Position numbers and translations under genes: made by a program
Notes under the pieces: generated by a model
What the model was told of the DNA's origin: nothing
What the model saw: the letters and a program-made list of their open reading frames with translations, nothing else
Database searches by the model: none
Shown: positions 23,037 through 35,542 of the stretch, in pieces
Position numbering within the stretch: position 1 is the first letter of the stretch
How the letters are laid out: each line of letters begins with the position of its first letter
Origin: Oopsacas minuta
Taxonomy: Eukaryota; Animalia; Porifera
Reading direction: 5' to 3'
Assembly: GCA_024704765.1 (NCBI GenBank)
Contig: JAKMXF010000332.1
Location: 1,171,080 to 1,235,079, forward strand
Length of the DNA stretch: 64,000 bases

Positions 23037-23963
23037 CTAGCGAGCAGACAAACATAGAAATTTCACGTTTGCTTAATCAATGGTTATATGACATAAGGTA
23101 GGTGACGAGTAGGGAGATTTTACAAATAATCTTGAAGTAGACTTTAGTTGGGCCTAGCTAGATGGTGTCTGCAATGCCTTTAACAATCAAAATTTCTAAA
23201 TTCAGAATGGATAAACATAGGAAACAAAGATCATTGCATAATGACTCAAATCATAGGCGCCATTTTGTGGGCCATTATTAGGCGGGCACAACCACTCGTT
23301 TGGTTAGTTGCACACACAGTAGCATAATGGTAGATGTATCTGAGGGGCGGGCTCCAAACATATTCTCCAAACTCCCACATTATTACTCCAAAGGACCAGA
23401 AAAATTTCAACTTTATGGGCTAATCGCAAATCATACATTATTTCTTGCGATGGGTTTCGCTCCTGGACCTTACTGATTGTTTACAGGGCCCATAGACCCT
23501 AATCCAGAACTTGCTGCACACTAGATTGTATTTCTCATGTAGGGGTTTGACTAAGGGGCGGTTCTATGGGGGCAACCAAGGCATTTACCCCAGGATTGAA
23601 AATTCTGGCCCCTGTCGACCCGATCCCGGATCTGCCAGATCCTCGGACCACCACTGCTCTACTAGAAAAAGAGTTTTCTCCGGGTTTGAAAATCCTGGGA
23701 TCGCCCCTTTGACTGTATATCAAGGAAAATTAACATGTAAAGGAAATTAATTCTTAATTTAACAATGGAAAGTAAGAGGGGAAGATTTCATTCGCAAATT
23801 TAGGTAGTGTATTGTTGGTAGAATAAATACATTCGAATTGGCATTCAACTCATTGTGCCTTAAAGTTCTTAAGAAATAAAAAAACAAAACAAAAACAGAA
23901 CAACCAAGAGATTATGATAAAATTGATGACATATGGAAGAAAAATAAACCAAAGACAGACATA

Positions 23964-25303
23964 CAGGGTGTTCCATAATTATTGCCCTATTGTGTAAATG
24001 ACTATAACATTCAAATATCATTAATTAGATATATTATTACTTTCCTATATATCCACCCTTTAGTAATATACATTTTTCAATTCTTTTTGGCATGCCTTCT
24101 ATTAACTTTTCCAAAGTATTCGAACATATCTCAGACCATGCGGATTTTAGCATATTTTTAAACTCCCCCAATCCTGGAGCAGGTGTCTTCCTATCAAGTT
24201 GATCCTAGAGTATTCCCTATACATTTTCTATTGGACTTAGGTCTGGGGAATTCGCCAGCCATTCGCCCTTCCCCCAAAAATATTTTAGATTCTCCTTACA
24301 CCAATCTTGGGTTCTCTTGGCTGAATGTGCAGGAGCTCCGTCTTGTTGGAAAATATATTTTGACATGTTTGGTAACATTTTCCTAGTTAGTAAATCGCCC
24401 TTCTTAGGTTTTCTGTTAAGTGCATTTAGGCAAGTCTTTTCTAGAAATTCTTTAAGATAATAATCTGCACTCACAGTTTGTTTTGGAGGTAAAAAGTGAA
24501 GGTCAGACAAAGCATGGAAGCTCATCATCCCCAAACCATAACCCGCGGGGAATATTTGACGGTTTCAATATTTTGAACCTTGAGCTTACTTTGTGACCAG
24601 ATCCTGTCATTATGTCGGTTTGATGGATGAAATACCTCAAACGGCGATTCATCTGACCACAGGACTCGTTTCCAATCATTCACTGTCCTAACTCTTTTCT
24701 CCAGGCAAAAATTTAATCGTCTTTCTTTTTGTTTTTCGGTCAAATTTGGAGATTTAGTCCTCTTATAGGCCCAAGCTCCCAGGTCCTGCTTCAAATATCT
24801 ATGGAATGTTTTTAGAGACAGGATTACCGATTCTTGTAAGTTTACACGCCAATACCCTGATTGATTTATACCTTTTCTCTAAAGATTTAGAGATTACTAT
24901 CTTTGATATCCTGTTTAGCTTTTTGGGCGGTCCTGCACCCTTTTTGTACTGAAGGCTCTCATTTCGTTTATGTTTAGCCCACCAGCGTCTAATGGTCTTA
25001 ATATCTTTTCCAAATATTTCAGCTACAGTCTTTTGGAAAAACCTTCCGATAGTTGATAAGAGCTTGATTTCGAATTTCAAATTTTGCTAACTGGACATCC
25101 ATACCTTGTTAGATTGTTGTTACTGACATAGAAAATATACTACTTTGACTAGTGCATAAGGAAAGTCGTTGTATCAAGTTAACTAACTTAATAAGGTTGG
25201 CCAATAAATTTATGAAAGAAAAACTAGACAATTGTATGATATTTTAGAAATATTGATGAAATGAAACTAAATGCTGATAGGACAATAATTATGGGACACC
25301 CTG
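23964..25303 (-). mobile_element. Tc1-like transposon with DD37E spacing
   Basis: TIRs CAGGGTGTTCCATAATTATTG / CAATAATTATGGGACACCCTG with TA TSD. Motifs WSDES, QDGAPAH, SPDLSPIE, with 37 residues between the second D and the E (counted by hand). Frameshifted. Confidence 0.9.
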
Positions 25304-25951
25304 TACTTCAAACCAGGAAAGCCAATTAACTCTGACACGGGAAACTTAGTCATTAACCTTCCATGATGCTCACTAGCCCTCAGGTCAATTCAAAGGCAGT
25401 AATATCATATAGTGATTTGTCTAATGACGTTTATATTCCAGATGAAACTCTCTCTATAGTAGATGTTAATTCATATTATCATGGAGAATTCAAGACTGTG
25501 TCTCAGAGTTGCAAAGGGAAAAGTGAATATGATAAAACTAAGATTAACAACAGGAATACTATGTGAAAATGAAGCAAATGATAAATCTTTTGAAATTAGC
25601 CAATTAATTCCTACAAAAGAAAAACATTCTCCTGATGGGAATTGCTTGTTTCGCTCTTTATCATACATAATTACTGGAACAGAATACAATCATATAGAAA
25701 TATGGGAGTGAATAAATGATAAATGAAGGGCGAATATAGAAAATTAGTCAAAAATTACGTTCAAGCTCGAAAGATATATTGCCAGAGGAACGCTGAAATA
25801 CGATTGAAGATCATTTGAATGCAATCAAAATAGACCGAGTAGGATCTTGGGGTACATATCTAGAAATATCTTTAGTAGCTATCATCCTGAGAACAGATAT
25901 TTGTCCCAATGATGAGCACCAATCCTGGTTGAAATTCTCAGAACATAGATT

Positions 25952-26112
25952 TATAGCATCCAAATGAGTTCTAGAACATCCTATAGTAGATGACAACAGC
26001 AGATTCATACTCGTTTGGGATTTAAACAATTATCATATAGGCTTTATTAATTCTTTCATTCTTTGGTATTACGATTAGGCTATTAAAGTTAAACGTTTGA
26101 ACATTTGCTACA
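25952..26112 (+). repeat. 5' LTR
   Basis: TA(TG-like)...CA termini; aligns with 30129-30286. Confidence 0.9.
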
Positions 26113-29100
26113 TTGGCGACAAAGATAAACGATGGCGTCTCGTTAAAGATTTCTTTGGTGAATTTGATCATGGCGTCGAGGACTGGGCGTCATAGACCGA
26201 AAGGCAACAACAGTATTTTACGGCTAATGATATTGAGGGGGAAGAGGAGCAGAAAGCCATCTTGTTAAGCTATTGCGGTCCACGCACATATCAGCTCATC
26301 AAGAATCTGCAGGTGCCCGACGTACCAACGGCGAAGTCCTTCGATGAGATAGGGAAACTTGTAAAGGATGACCTCGACGCAAAGCCTTGAGTAATCGTTA
26401 AGAGGTTTGTGTTTCATTCTCGCTTACGCAAGGGGGCGAATTGGTTGCTGCTTTCGTGGCAGAGTTGAGACGATTATCGGAGCACTGCGTTTTGGGGACA
26501 CACTCTCTGATATGCTACGGGATCGTTTGGTATGTGGGATAGAAGACGGGCGTATCCAGCGTTGGCTGTTATCTGAGCCTGAAATCGTATTTAAGAAGGC
26601 TTTCGATATTGCACAGGCGATGGAATCTGCGGAGCGCAATGCTCAGGACCTCCAAACCAAGAAAGGAGAGGGTATTCACATGGTGGGAGAAGATGGAGTG
26701 CCTAACAAGAATCCACTGCCAACCGACAATGTCCTGAGATTGATCGGGTAGATTATTTCCATTCTTCTAATCGAGTCCGCATCAAACATTATTCCCAGGA
26801 GGATACATGCAACCGGTGCAGGGGCAGGCAGCAATCAAAAGACTGTAATTTTAAGGAAGTCACCTGTTTCAAGTACCAAAAGCGAGGACCTTTAGCGAGA
26901 GTTTGTCGGAACAACCCGAGACGAGACGCGACTCCAATCGATACCGAAGAGGTATCCACGTTGTTAGCGGTGAAGGTGAAGTAGTCAATGGAGATCCATT
27001 CCCAGAATATAATCTATACAATGTTCGAGATTCGAATTTAGCTTCCTTACGGATACATGCAAGAGTGAGTGGGGCAGATCTAGAAATGGAGATTGATACT
27101 GGAGCGACCAGATCTGTCATAAGCAAGGCAAATTTTGAACAGATCTGGATTCCCGGAAATGCACCTGCGCTTAAGAATACAGCCTCTCGGGAAAGTCCTA
27201 TACCGGTGAGCTCATTAAAGTATGTGGGGAAATCGGGGTGGAGGTAAGCCTAGAAAGACGACATGTACGACTTAGCTTGATAGTTTTCAAAGTAACGGTC
27301 CGGGCCTCTTGGGAAGAGACTTGATGGAAAGACTTGGTCTTAGTTGTTGCAAGTAGAACCTAATCCAACTGAATGAGATAGAATGCGTCCTAGCTCATCA
27401 TGCTAATGTGTTTAAAGACGGACTGGGATTTGTCAAAGGAACTCAAACCAGAATTTACATTGAGTCGGTTACGTCACCAAGATATTTTAGAGCCAGGTCT
27501 TTACCATTCGCACTTCTCGGGGAAGGTGGAACAGGAATTAACCCGACTCCAAGAAGAAGGAGTAATTGAACCAGTCCAGTTTTCAGATTGAGCCGCGCCA
27601 GTGGTACCAGTGGCCAAGAGCGATGGGACAATCCGTATATGTGGAGACTATAAGGTGACAATAAATCAAGGTGCTAAGATCGACAAAACACCCACTCCCC
27701 TGGATCGATGATCTCCTATCTTCCTGAGCTGTTGGATAATCATTTTTCGAATTAGACCTGGCGTATGCTTACCTACAAATTCCCCTACATGAAGACTCAA
27801 AGAAATTAACAACAATCAATACGCACAAGGGCCATTTCCAGTATACCAGGTTGCCATTCTGAATAGCATCGGCTCCAGCGATATTCCAGAGAACGATTGA
27901 AAGCATACTTCAGGGAATTCCTATGGTCTGAGTATACATTAATGATATTTTAGTAAGGGGAAGGACGGAAGACGAGCATTTTCGGAATTTGAGAGAACTA
28001 TTATTAGAACGTTTGGAAACTTCGGGATTTGCTTGAAAAGGGCCAAATGTTCCTTTTTATATCAAATCAGTCAATTATCTTGGACACACGATTCCTCCAG
28101 ATGGACTTAGCCACAATGAAAAGAAGGTTCAAGTAATAAGGGCCGCACCTCGGTCAGTTGGGATCTTTTCTCGGGTTAATGAACTACTACGGTAAGTTCC
28201 TACCAAGCCTCGCGTCCACATTAGATCCTCTATATCTCTTACTCCATAAACAGACCGATTGGAGTTGGGGATTAACCAATCGCCCGAGTTCGAGCGCAAA
28301 AGGATTATTAGCTTCCAGTCTACTCCTAGTCCATTTGATCCTGATAAGGAATTACTCGTGAGTTGCGACGCTTCACCATATGGTTTGGGAGCGGTATTAT
28401 CGCATCGCATGGGAGATGGTTCTAATAAGCCTGTCTACTACGCTTAGCGTACATTATCCGCTCCCGAGAGGGGAAATTCATAGCTAGACAAAGAGGGGTT
28501 AGCGATTATTTTTCGCTCAAGAAGTTTCACACATTCCTGTATGGGCAACATTTTACAATAAATTCGGATCACTAGCCTTTGCAAATATTTCCAACCACAG
28601 AAAACCTGTGCTATCGTGGCCTCAGCCAGACTGCAGAGGTGGGCGTTATTGCTCGGAGCTTACGATTACAAGTTAGAGTACATAAGTACTTGCAGCTTCG
28701 ACATGCTCATGGTGTGAGTCAAATACCACTTCCGGAATCTCCAGCTAATACTCCTGTACAAGGAGAGACAATTCTCCTTGTGGATAACATGGAGTTGTTC
28801 TCCCTCAATTTCCGAAAGGTCAGGCAATTGACGGATAGCGGCCAAGTTTTGTCTCGTGTTCGCCTATCACTACAGAGAGGTTGGGGAATATTTGACGATA
28901 ATTCTCTACTTCACTTTGAGAGGAAGAAAGATGAATTAAGTGTACATGATGAGTGTATTCTACGCGGGCAAGAGTCGTAATTCCTACCAAGGGTAGAGAA
29001 TTGGTAATGGATATGCTTCACTAGGGTCATCCTGGCATTTAGAAAACGAAGAGCATAACCAGAGGTTATGTGTGGTGGCCAGGAATCGATGGACAGCTAG

Positions 29101-30128
29101 AGGAAAGAGTAAAGCGATGCACACAATGTCAGTTTTCGAGACATTCTCCCACCAAAGACCACCTGCATCCTTGGGAGTGGCCACAGCAACCATGGGTACG
29201 AGTACACGTAGATTATGCAGTACCAATCTTAAGCAAGATGTTTTTCTTAGTAGTGGATGCTCACTCCAAATGGTTGAAGGTCGCTATTGTGAATTCGGCA
29301 ACTTCAACAAACACCATTGACAACCTAAGAATGATGTTTTCTACTCATGGGCTACCAGAAGTGATAGTGTCTGATAATTGGTCTGTCTTTTCAAGCAAAG
29401 AATTCTCTGAATTTACTTGTCGGAACAATATAAGGCATATCAGAACACCGCCACACCACCCGTCCTCTAATGGACAAGTAGAGAGGGCAGTACAGACCTT
29501 CAAGGACGCAATGGGTAAGGAATCGTGTGACACATTACAGACTCGAGTTGCAAGATTTCTATTTCACTACCGGACTACGCCCCATACAACAACAGGTATC
29601 TCTTCCGCGGAGTTGATGATGGGAAGACGGTTGAGGACACACATGAGCTGCCTACTCCCTGATACAGCTACTTGAGTAGCAAACAAGCAGGAGTCTTCAG
29701 AAGCAATATTACGATAGGAACACGAAGCCTAGCAAATACCTAAGAGAAGGGCAGATAGTATTGGCACGGGATTTCTTCGGGAGTAAAACCAGATGGTTGA
29801 GGGGTAGAATCAAGCATGAAAGTGGGCCCATGTCCTACAGTATTGATATGGAAGATGGTCGTACTATTCGACGACATGTGGACCGCATAAGACCACAAAC
29901 AGATCTGAGGGAGCTCCTGGGGGAAACGATCACCAGGGCTATTATGACTGGCCCACATTGGATGCCCCCCCCAATGTTGCTGGGACAAAAGCCTTCTGCA
30001 AGCACGCAAAAGTTGAAGTGCCTCAACCGCAACGTTCGGGAAGGGCTCGTTACCCGCCAAAGAGGTACCAACCGGAAACTTAGGATTTTTCCTGTAGCAA
30101 ATCTGGGTCCCTCATTAGGAGGGAGAAG

Positions 30129-30286
30129 TGTAGTATCCAGATGAGTTATAGAACATTCTACAGTAGATGACAATAGCAGATTGATACTCGTTTGGTATAT
30201 AAACAATTATCATAGGTTTATTCATTCTTTCATTCTTTGTTATTACTATTAGGCTATTAAAGTTACACGTTTGAACATTTACTACA
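30129..30286 (+). repeat. 3' LTR
   Basis: TGTAGT...ACTACA; about 10% diverged from the 5' LTR by manual count. Confidence 0.9.
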
Positions 30287-31009
30287 GGATTCAATAGTGT
30301 TAAATCTACACAAGATTTAACAGAACGCAGAGTGTATTTTAGATTAAACATGAGCCACTTTCAGTCTCTCATCAAGGTTGACAAGAGACTCAAGGTTTCC
30401 CAAAATAAGAAATTAGTTCCATAGTATATATACAATGAAGTTAGTCACATAGAATTATATGACTAGTTTACAATTAGATTGGAATTCTGATTTAGCGGTG
30501 TCAAGTTATTAAATAAATTAGTATAGTGAAAATCAGTAATTTTTGCAAAGCCACTGTGAAGTGGTTTTAGAAAATGTTGTGATACAATTTGAAATGGAAA
30601 TTCACCCTAAGTGAAAAGTTGCTACAATTTATCTCGCGCTTACAATTCGCGCTGCTAACTTCACATCCATCAATATATTTACCTGTCATAAGAAGGGAAC
30701 ATGGTATAATCGGACACAATTTGCATGAACAATACAGTTCGAAAACGTTAGGTGGTCGGTTGTGGTCAATCTTTCGAACGGTTTGGGGTGTTAGACATAC
30801 ATGTTAGGACAATATATAATACATTCTAGACCCCTTCAAAGCCCCGTCAATAGATTTATATTTGATCTGACTCTAGCTCTTTAGCAATCCGATTAATGTA
30901 TAATATTTAGTTTTGAGAATTACTCTAATTTTTTGGTTTACGATCCGTTAAAAGCTAATTGAATAATAGTGATCCCATATTCTTGTTCGTAATCACTTAA
31001 TATGGATTA

Positions 31010-31640
31010 TTATATCAAAAATGATAAGAAAATATTAGATAATTAATAGAAGTGTAAAATTGTCCCGCCGATTGGTAGTGCAGCTCAGGATTATGCTTTT
31101 GGGGGGGGCCTTCCCGACCCCCGTATAAATTCCGCAATGCCCCGAACCCGACTGACTTTGGGCTCCTAGATCTGAAAAATATATCAGGATATTCAATATT
31201 ATTCATCCCCTAATCTACTTCATGTTCTATCCTCAAATCCCATGGAGATACTTCCGAAAAATGGTCCTACAATTACCCTTTGTCTATCTTTCGAAACGGA
31301 ATCTCTAGCATCAATTAGAAATTTGTGCAAAAATGTGTGAAAATATGATAGATAGTGTAGATATAAAATTGGAAACGTTAACTTTGGAACCTACAAGCTC
31401 GATTACCCCTTACTAGCGGTAGAAACAAAATCCCTAGCATGATTTGAAAATATACAAAACGTGTGAAAATATGATTATTCATATGATAATTCTGTGAATT
31501 TGTAACTTTCAGACTCTGAAATTCTCAAAATCTTACTCTAGGCACCCAATTACCCTGACAACCAGTTGAAACCTAATCTCTAGCTTTTTTTTGCATTTTA
31601 CAAAGAGAGGTGTGAAAATAGGATTAATCACCAAAAATAT
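31010..31640. repeat. Dispersed repeat with internal ~125-bp subrepeats (related copy at ~39800-40070)
   Basis: Shared block cccgact..ttttgggctc.tagatctgaaaa.at.tcagga...tcaatattatt; recurring caattaccct...aatctctagc...gtgtgaaaatatgat units. Confidence 0.65.
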
Positions 31641-33140
31641 GAAATATTCATTTTGAAAAAATTCATACTCGAAGTGAAATCTCCCACCCGAAATGTATAT
31701 GTATGCCAATTTTCATGTTGATTAGACTGCTAGATTTCGCATGGCCGCGCTGACGTAGCAGATCGTCAATGCTATTAGGGCATCTCCCTGTAGGAACGGC
31801 ACGAAAAATGGTAACTGTTAACCGAATAATATGAAATTTCCCACAATAAAACATTCCACTAGGCTAAGTATCGATTGGAAAGATAATTTGTGGATAAGTG
31901 TATTATTATATGATCTATTAAAAAAATCACTTGGATCGAATTTTGCGACCCCTAAACGACATCCGAGTATATCGAAAAATAGTAACAGTAACTTCGCATA
32001 TAAAGGAAGAATAACACAAGCCTATACTTGTTTAGTTGTGTTAATTTGACAACTGATGTATATTAACTTCGGGGTGCTGATTGCGAATTTTAGGTCCAAT
32101 ATATTTCATTACGTCACAATTAGATAATACGCAACTTGAAAATTGCAAAGTTGCTAGAATTTAGGAAAAATTAAGTATAAGTATGTGACCTTAAATATAT
32201 TGAGTGGATTTTTGAACTAAATATTATTGAGTCTCAATGAAAAGAGAATAAGCTCTATGTAAGATAACCTGGTCATTTTATCATGAAAATTGGGAATTAC
32301 ACAAAAACCAACAAAAATCACAAAATAATATTTATGACGTGCAAAATGAGTAATTGTACAAAAAAACTGTTTATGTTTGTAATGAAGGGCAAATACTTTG
32401 TAACTCTATCATACTTTGGGAGAAGTTTTTCAAAAATTTGGAATTATATAATTTTGTAATATGAAAAACTTACAATTGTGAGATGATATCCGAAAATCGA
32501 CTTCAGATTCGGAATCAGCTGTGTGAAAGTATATAAATGTTTGATATAATACACACAACGAAAAATGAAATTGCAGTGCCTGCGTAATAAGAAATGTGGT
32601 ATTAGCTTAATGCAGATTTTTGGACCACCTTAAATTGTTTGGCGTTAAATTACTGTTGCAGTTTGATTTAGGGCACTTAATTGTAATATGTAAATTCATT
32701 AATAGTATTTTGTTAACAATGATGAATATATTCATTAGATGTCTCTGAAGTGTATTCAAACTTACGAAATCAAGAAACTAATTCAATGTGTTAGGTTGCA
32801 ACAAGTAACTCCAAGTGAGGAAATCATTGGAAAATAGCAAAATGATAATTAGTAATATTATTATTAAAAGGGACATACAGTGGAGTCTTCGAATAATGGA
32901 CACGTTGGTGACATGGTTTATGTCCGTTGTAGAGAATTGTCCGCTTCTCGGAGACTGGTCCATCTTTTTATCAAAACACCTAGGTATCATTTTGAATGCC
33001 GTTTTACATGTATTAAAGTTGGGTAGTTACAGGAGAAGTCACAAGTATTATTATACTGTGATAAGAATGAATATAATATAGTGATGACTGATGAGTAACC
33101 TAAGCATGTTGGCATTGCTTTATACTCTATATATATTATA

Positions 33141-33437
33141 ATGGGTGCGAAAATAAGTCAGGAAGATAACTTTGTCTACTGGGTTAACACTTGCAGACTA
33201 GCTACAGTATATATTGGGGTGCCAATGCCCATAGCTACTTCAAAACATCCTCGACTTTCACAATTTTTGAGAAGAGAAGCAAATAAAGGACTTGCTGAGG
33301 TTAAGGGAGAGAAAGAAATCAGAGAAGCAGGTTAGGGACTAGAAATCACTTGTGTGTACCGCATTTATGGACCCAAAGTTTACATTGACAAGATGAAAGA
33401 ATTATTGAAAGACTTGGAAGACATGGGACTTGTATAG
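33141..33437 (+). pseudogene. 98-codon frame with a single in-frame TAG
   Basis: The 64-aa ORF ends at TAG (33333-35), but the same frame continues GLEITCVYRIYGPKVYIDKMKELLKDLEDMGLV* to 33437. Confidence 0.4.
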
Positions 33438-34489
33438 CACTCATATTTTTATGCAAATTTTGTGATATCTATGAAATTATCGGTTGTAGTTTGTGGTTGT
33501 CCGTTCTTGGAAGATGAAAATGCATTAAGACGCGCCATTTGGGGCCAGTTCCCTGTCCGGTATTCGGAATTCGGAGTTGTCCGCTCCTCGGAGACTGCTT
33601 AAGTATACATGCTTGGCAAATTCACGAAGTTTGTCCGTTGTAGGGGGTTGTCCGATTATATAACCTTTGAATAATCGTAGAAGATTGTTCTAAACAGCAA
33701 AAGGGGGGTAATTCAATACGCTGATTACGAATTTGACACTCTTGAATTTGTACCGATAAAATCTTCTCCAATATTCCCTTCTATTAATATCATTTGGTCA
33801 ACTGATAATTATTGCAAACTAATTGAACATAATATGGATTGGGTAATCATAGTAAATTGGAAATATATTGTCTGAAGGATTTGAAATCCGAGCGGAGCGA
33901 GGAAAAAAATAAAATTACAAACTGTCCTGCAGTTTAGTCTATTAAATTCAATTTGTTTAAAAAGTGGCACTATTAATTGGAGGCACTATGTGCATTAGAT
34001 TAAACCTGACCTTACATAGTGCCATTTATTAAACAAATTGAATTTAATAAACTGACCTGTCGGTACAGGTTGTAATTGTATATTTTTGTTTTCTCTTTCG
34101 AAAAGTGTGAAAATGTTGACACCTTTCCTTTCATAATTTTTTGCTAGAGGCCAGACAAAAGTTTGACTCGTGTGAAATAGTGGCACTTGGTGTCCGATTG
34201 ATTAGCGAAGGGTAGAAGCACACCCTGCGAATACCTTCAATAATTCTCACACCATATGTCACCTTAATTCTATGGAGTATTGGCTGCAGGGCTTTCACGG
34301 AGAAAAAAAGAAAATATATAGGCAACCATTTCAGTACTGGGCCACTATACTAAAGTATAGTCGCACAGTAAAAAATACCTAACCGAACCAAAGAACTTGC
34401 ACACAACTAAATATACAACTGTATATCCTGGAAATAAGGGGAATATTTGAAAATACATAGTATAATATACCTGAAAGAGCTATTCGATT

Positions 34490-35136
34490 ATGTCAGTTAA
34501 CATTGCCCTGACTAAATCGATGAATATTTTTCTCATTAGAAATTTTCTAGTCACACATTGTTCATTAAATAGGTAATTAGCTAATTAAATATTCAATTCC
34601 AAATTTGAAAAGTACTGAAAGCATATTTATCAACCCGTTATGACAATTTCGAATCCATAGAGCAAATCTTGTTGACTTATTATTATTTTCACATTTGTGC
34701 CACATGTGGTAGAAGTGGCACATATCAAATATGTTGGCCACTTCGTTTGTGAAAATAAATGTGGCAAAAATTGACCTGATCTCCAATTACACAAATTTTG
34801 TAAGTCAGTTTAGAGAATATCTAATGATTTTCATACTGTATTACATTCTGGTGCCAATATTCTAGTGATGTACCACTTCCGCCACTTGAGGAACGAAATG
34901 AAAATGCAAATATGCCAACGAGGTTTGCTCTTACCAATTCGAAATTGTCATACTGGGGTGATACAGACTCATAGAATTGAAATATACTATCAATGTTGTT
35001 TCATTGTATTTGATTTCGATGTTATCTGCAAATTGAATACTTAATTAGTTCATTATCTATTTAATGAGCAAAGTGTGGATAGAAAGTTTCTAATTAGTAA
35101 GATATGTATCGATTGAGTCAGGACAATATTAACATA
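34490..35136. mobile_element. Non-autonomous element with ~110-bp imperfect TIRs
   Basis: 34490-34600 is the reverse complement of 35030-35136; a second partial copy is at 3899. Confidence 0.7.
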
Positions 35137-35542
35137 AATACTCAAATGTTCTTTCAGGGAAATAAACGTATGCATATTCAAATATTTGCCACATTTCCAG
35201 GATTTACAATCGTTTTAAGTGGTGTGCAAGTACTTTTGTTCGGGTAGTGCATATTTAAAATTCTATTTCTCACAAATTCAGACGCTGAAATCATGTTTCT
35301 ACAAGAAATATGCAAAAATTAGAGAATATTAGGAGACTATAGAGGACGATCTAGTACAATCGTGTCAAACTATACTATCGAGGGTCGATGTGTGCATAAA
35401 TAGGCTTAACTATCCTAGCGGTGGCGACAAGGGGTCGCTCGATAGGGGTACAACAAATTTGGAGAATTGAATGTTCTCACATTCATGGACATTCCTGCGT
35501 TGCTAGAAAACAATTCCCAACCATATTCGTGATCACTTAAAC

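Larger units (their letters stand above)
25952..30286 (+). mobile_element. Ty3/gypsy LTR retrotransposon (K02A2.6/Mag-like), full length but decayed
   Basis: Two ~160-bp LTRs; PBS-like TGGCGAC at 26114; polypurine tract AGGAGGGAGAAG before the 3' LTR; TSD AGATT/GGATT. Contains gag (LRDRLVCG), protease (EIDTGA), RT (YIND), RNase H (CDASPYGLGAVL) and integrase (WWPG...HVDY...SNGQVER). Confidence 0.95.
25363..30424 (+). pseudogene. OTU-like cysteine protease domain gene split by the gypsy element
   Basis: PDGNCLFRSLSYIITG (Cys 25643-45) and GSWGTYLEI lie before the LTR. After it the same frame continues ...RVYFRLNMSHFQSL (His 30356-58) to TAG at 30422-24. Confidence 0.75.

Noticed and set aside
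29740-30351. Several overlapping ORFs at the gypsy 3' end as env or accessory genes
   Set aside because: They are antisense or shifted readings of the integrase C-terminus and the LTR; no TM or env signature.
25363-30424. Assigning the OTU domain to a Helitron
   Set aside because: No Rep/helicase or endonuclease motifs were found nearby, so the origin is left open.
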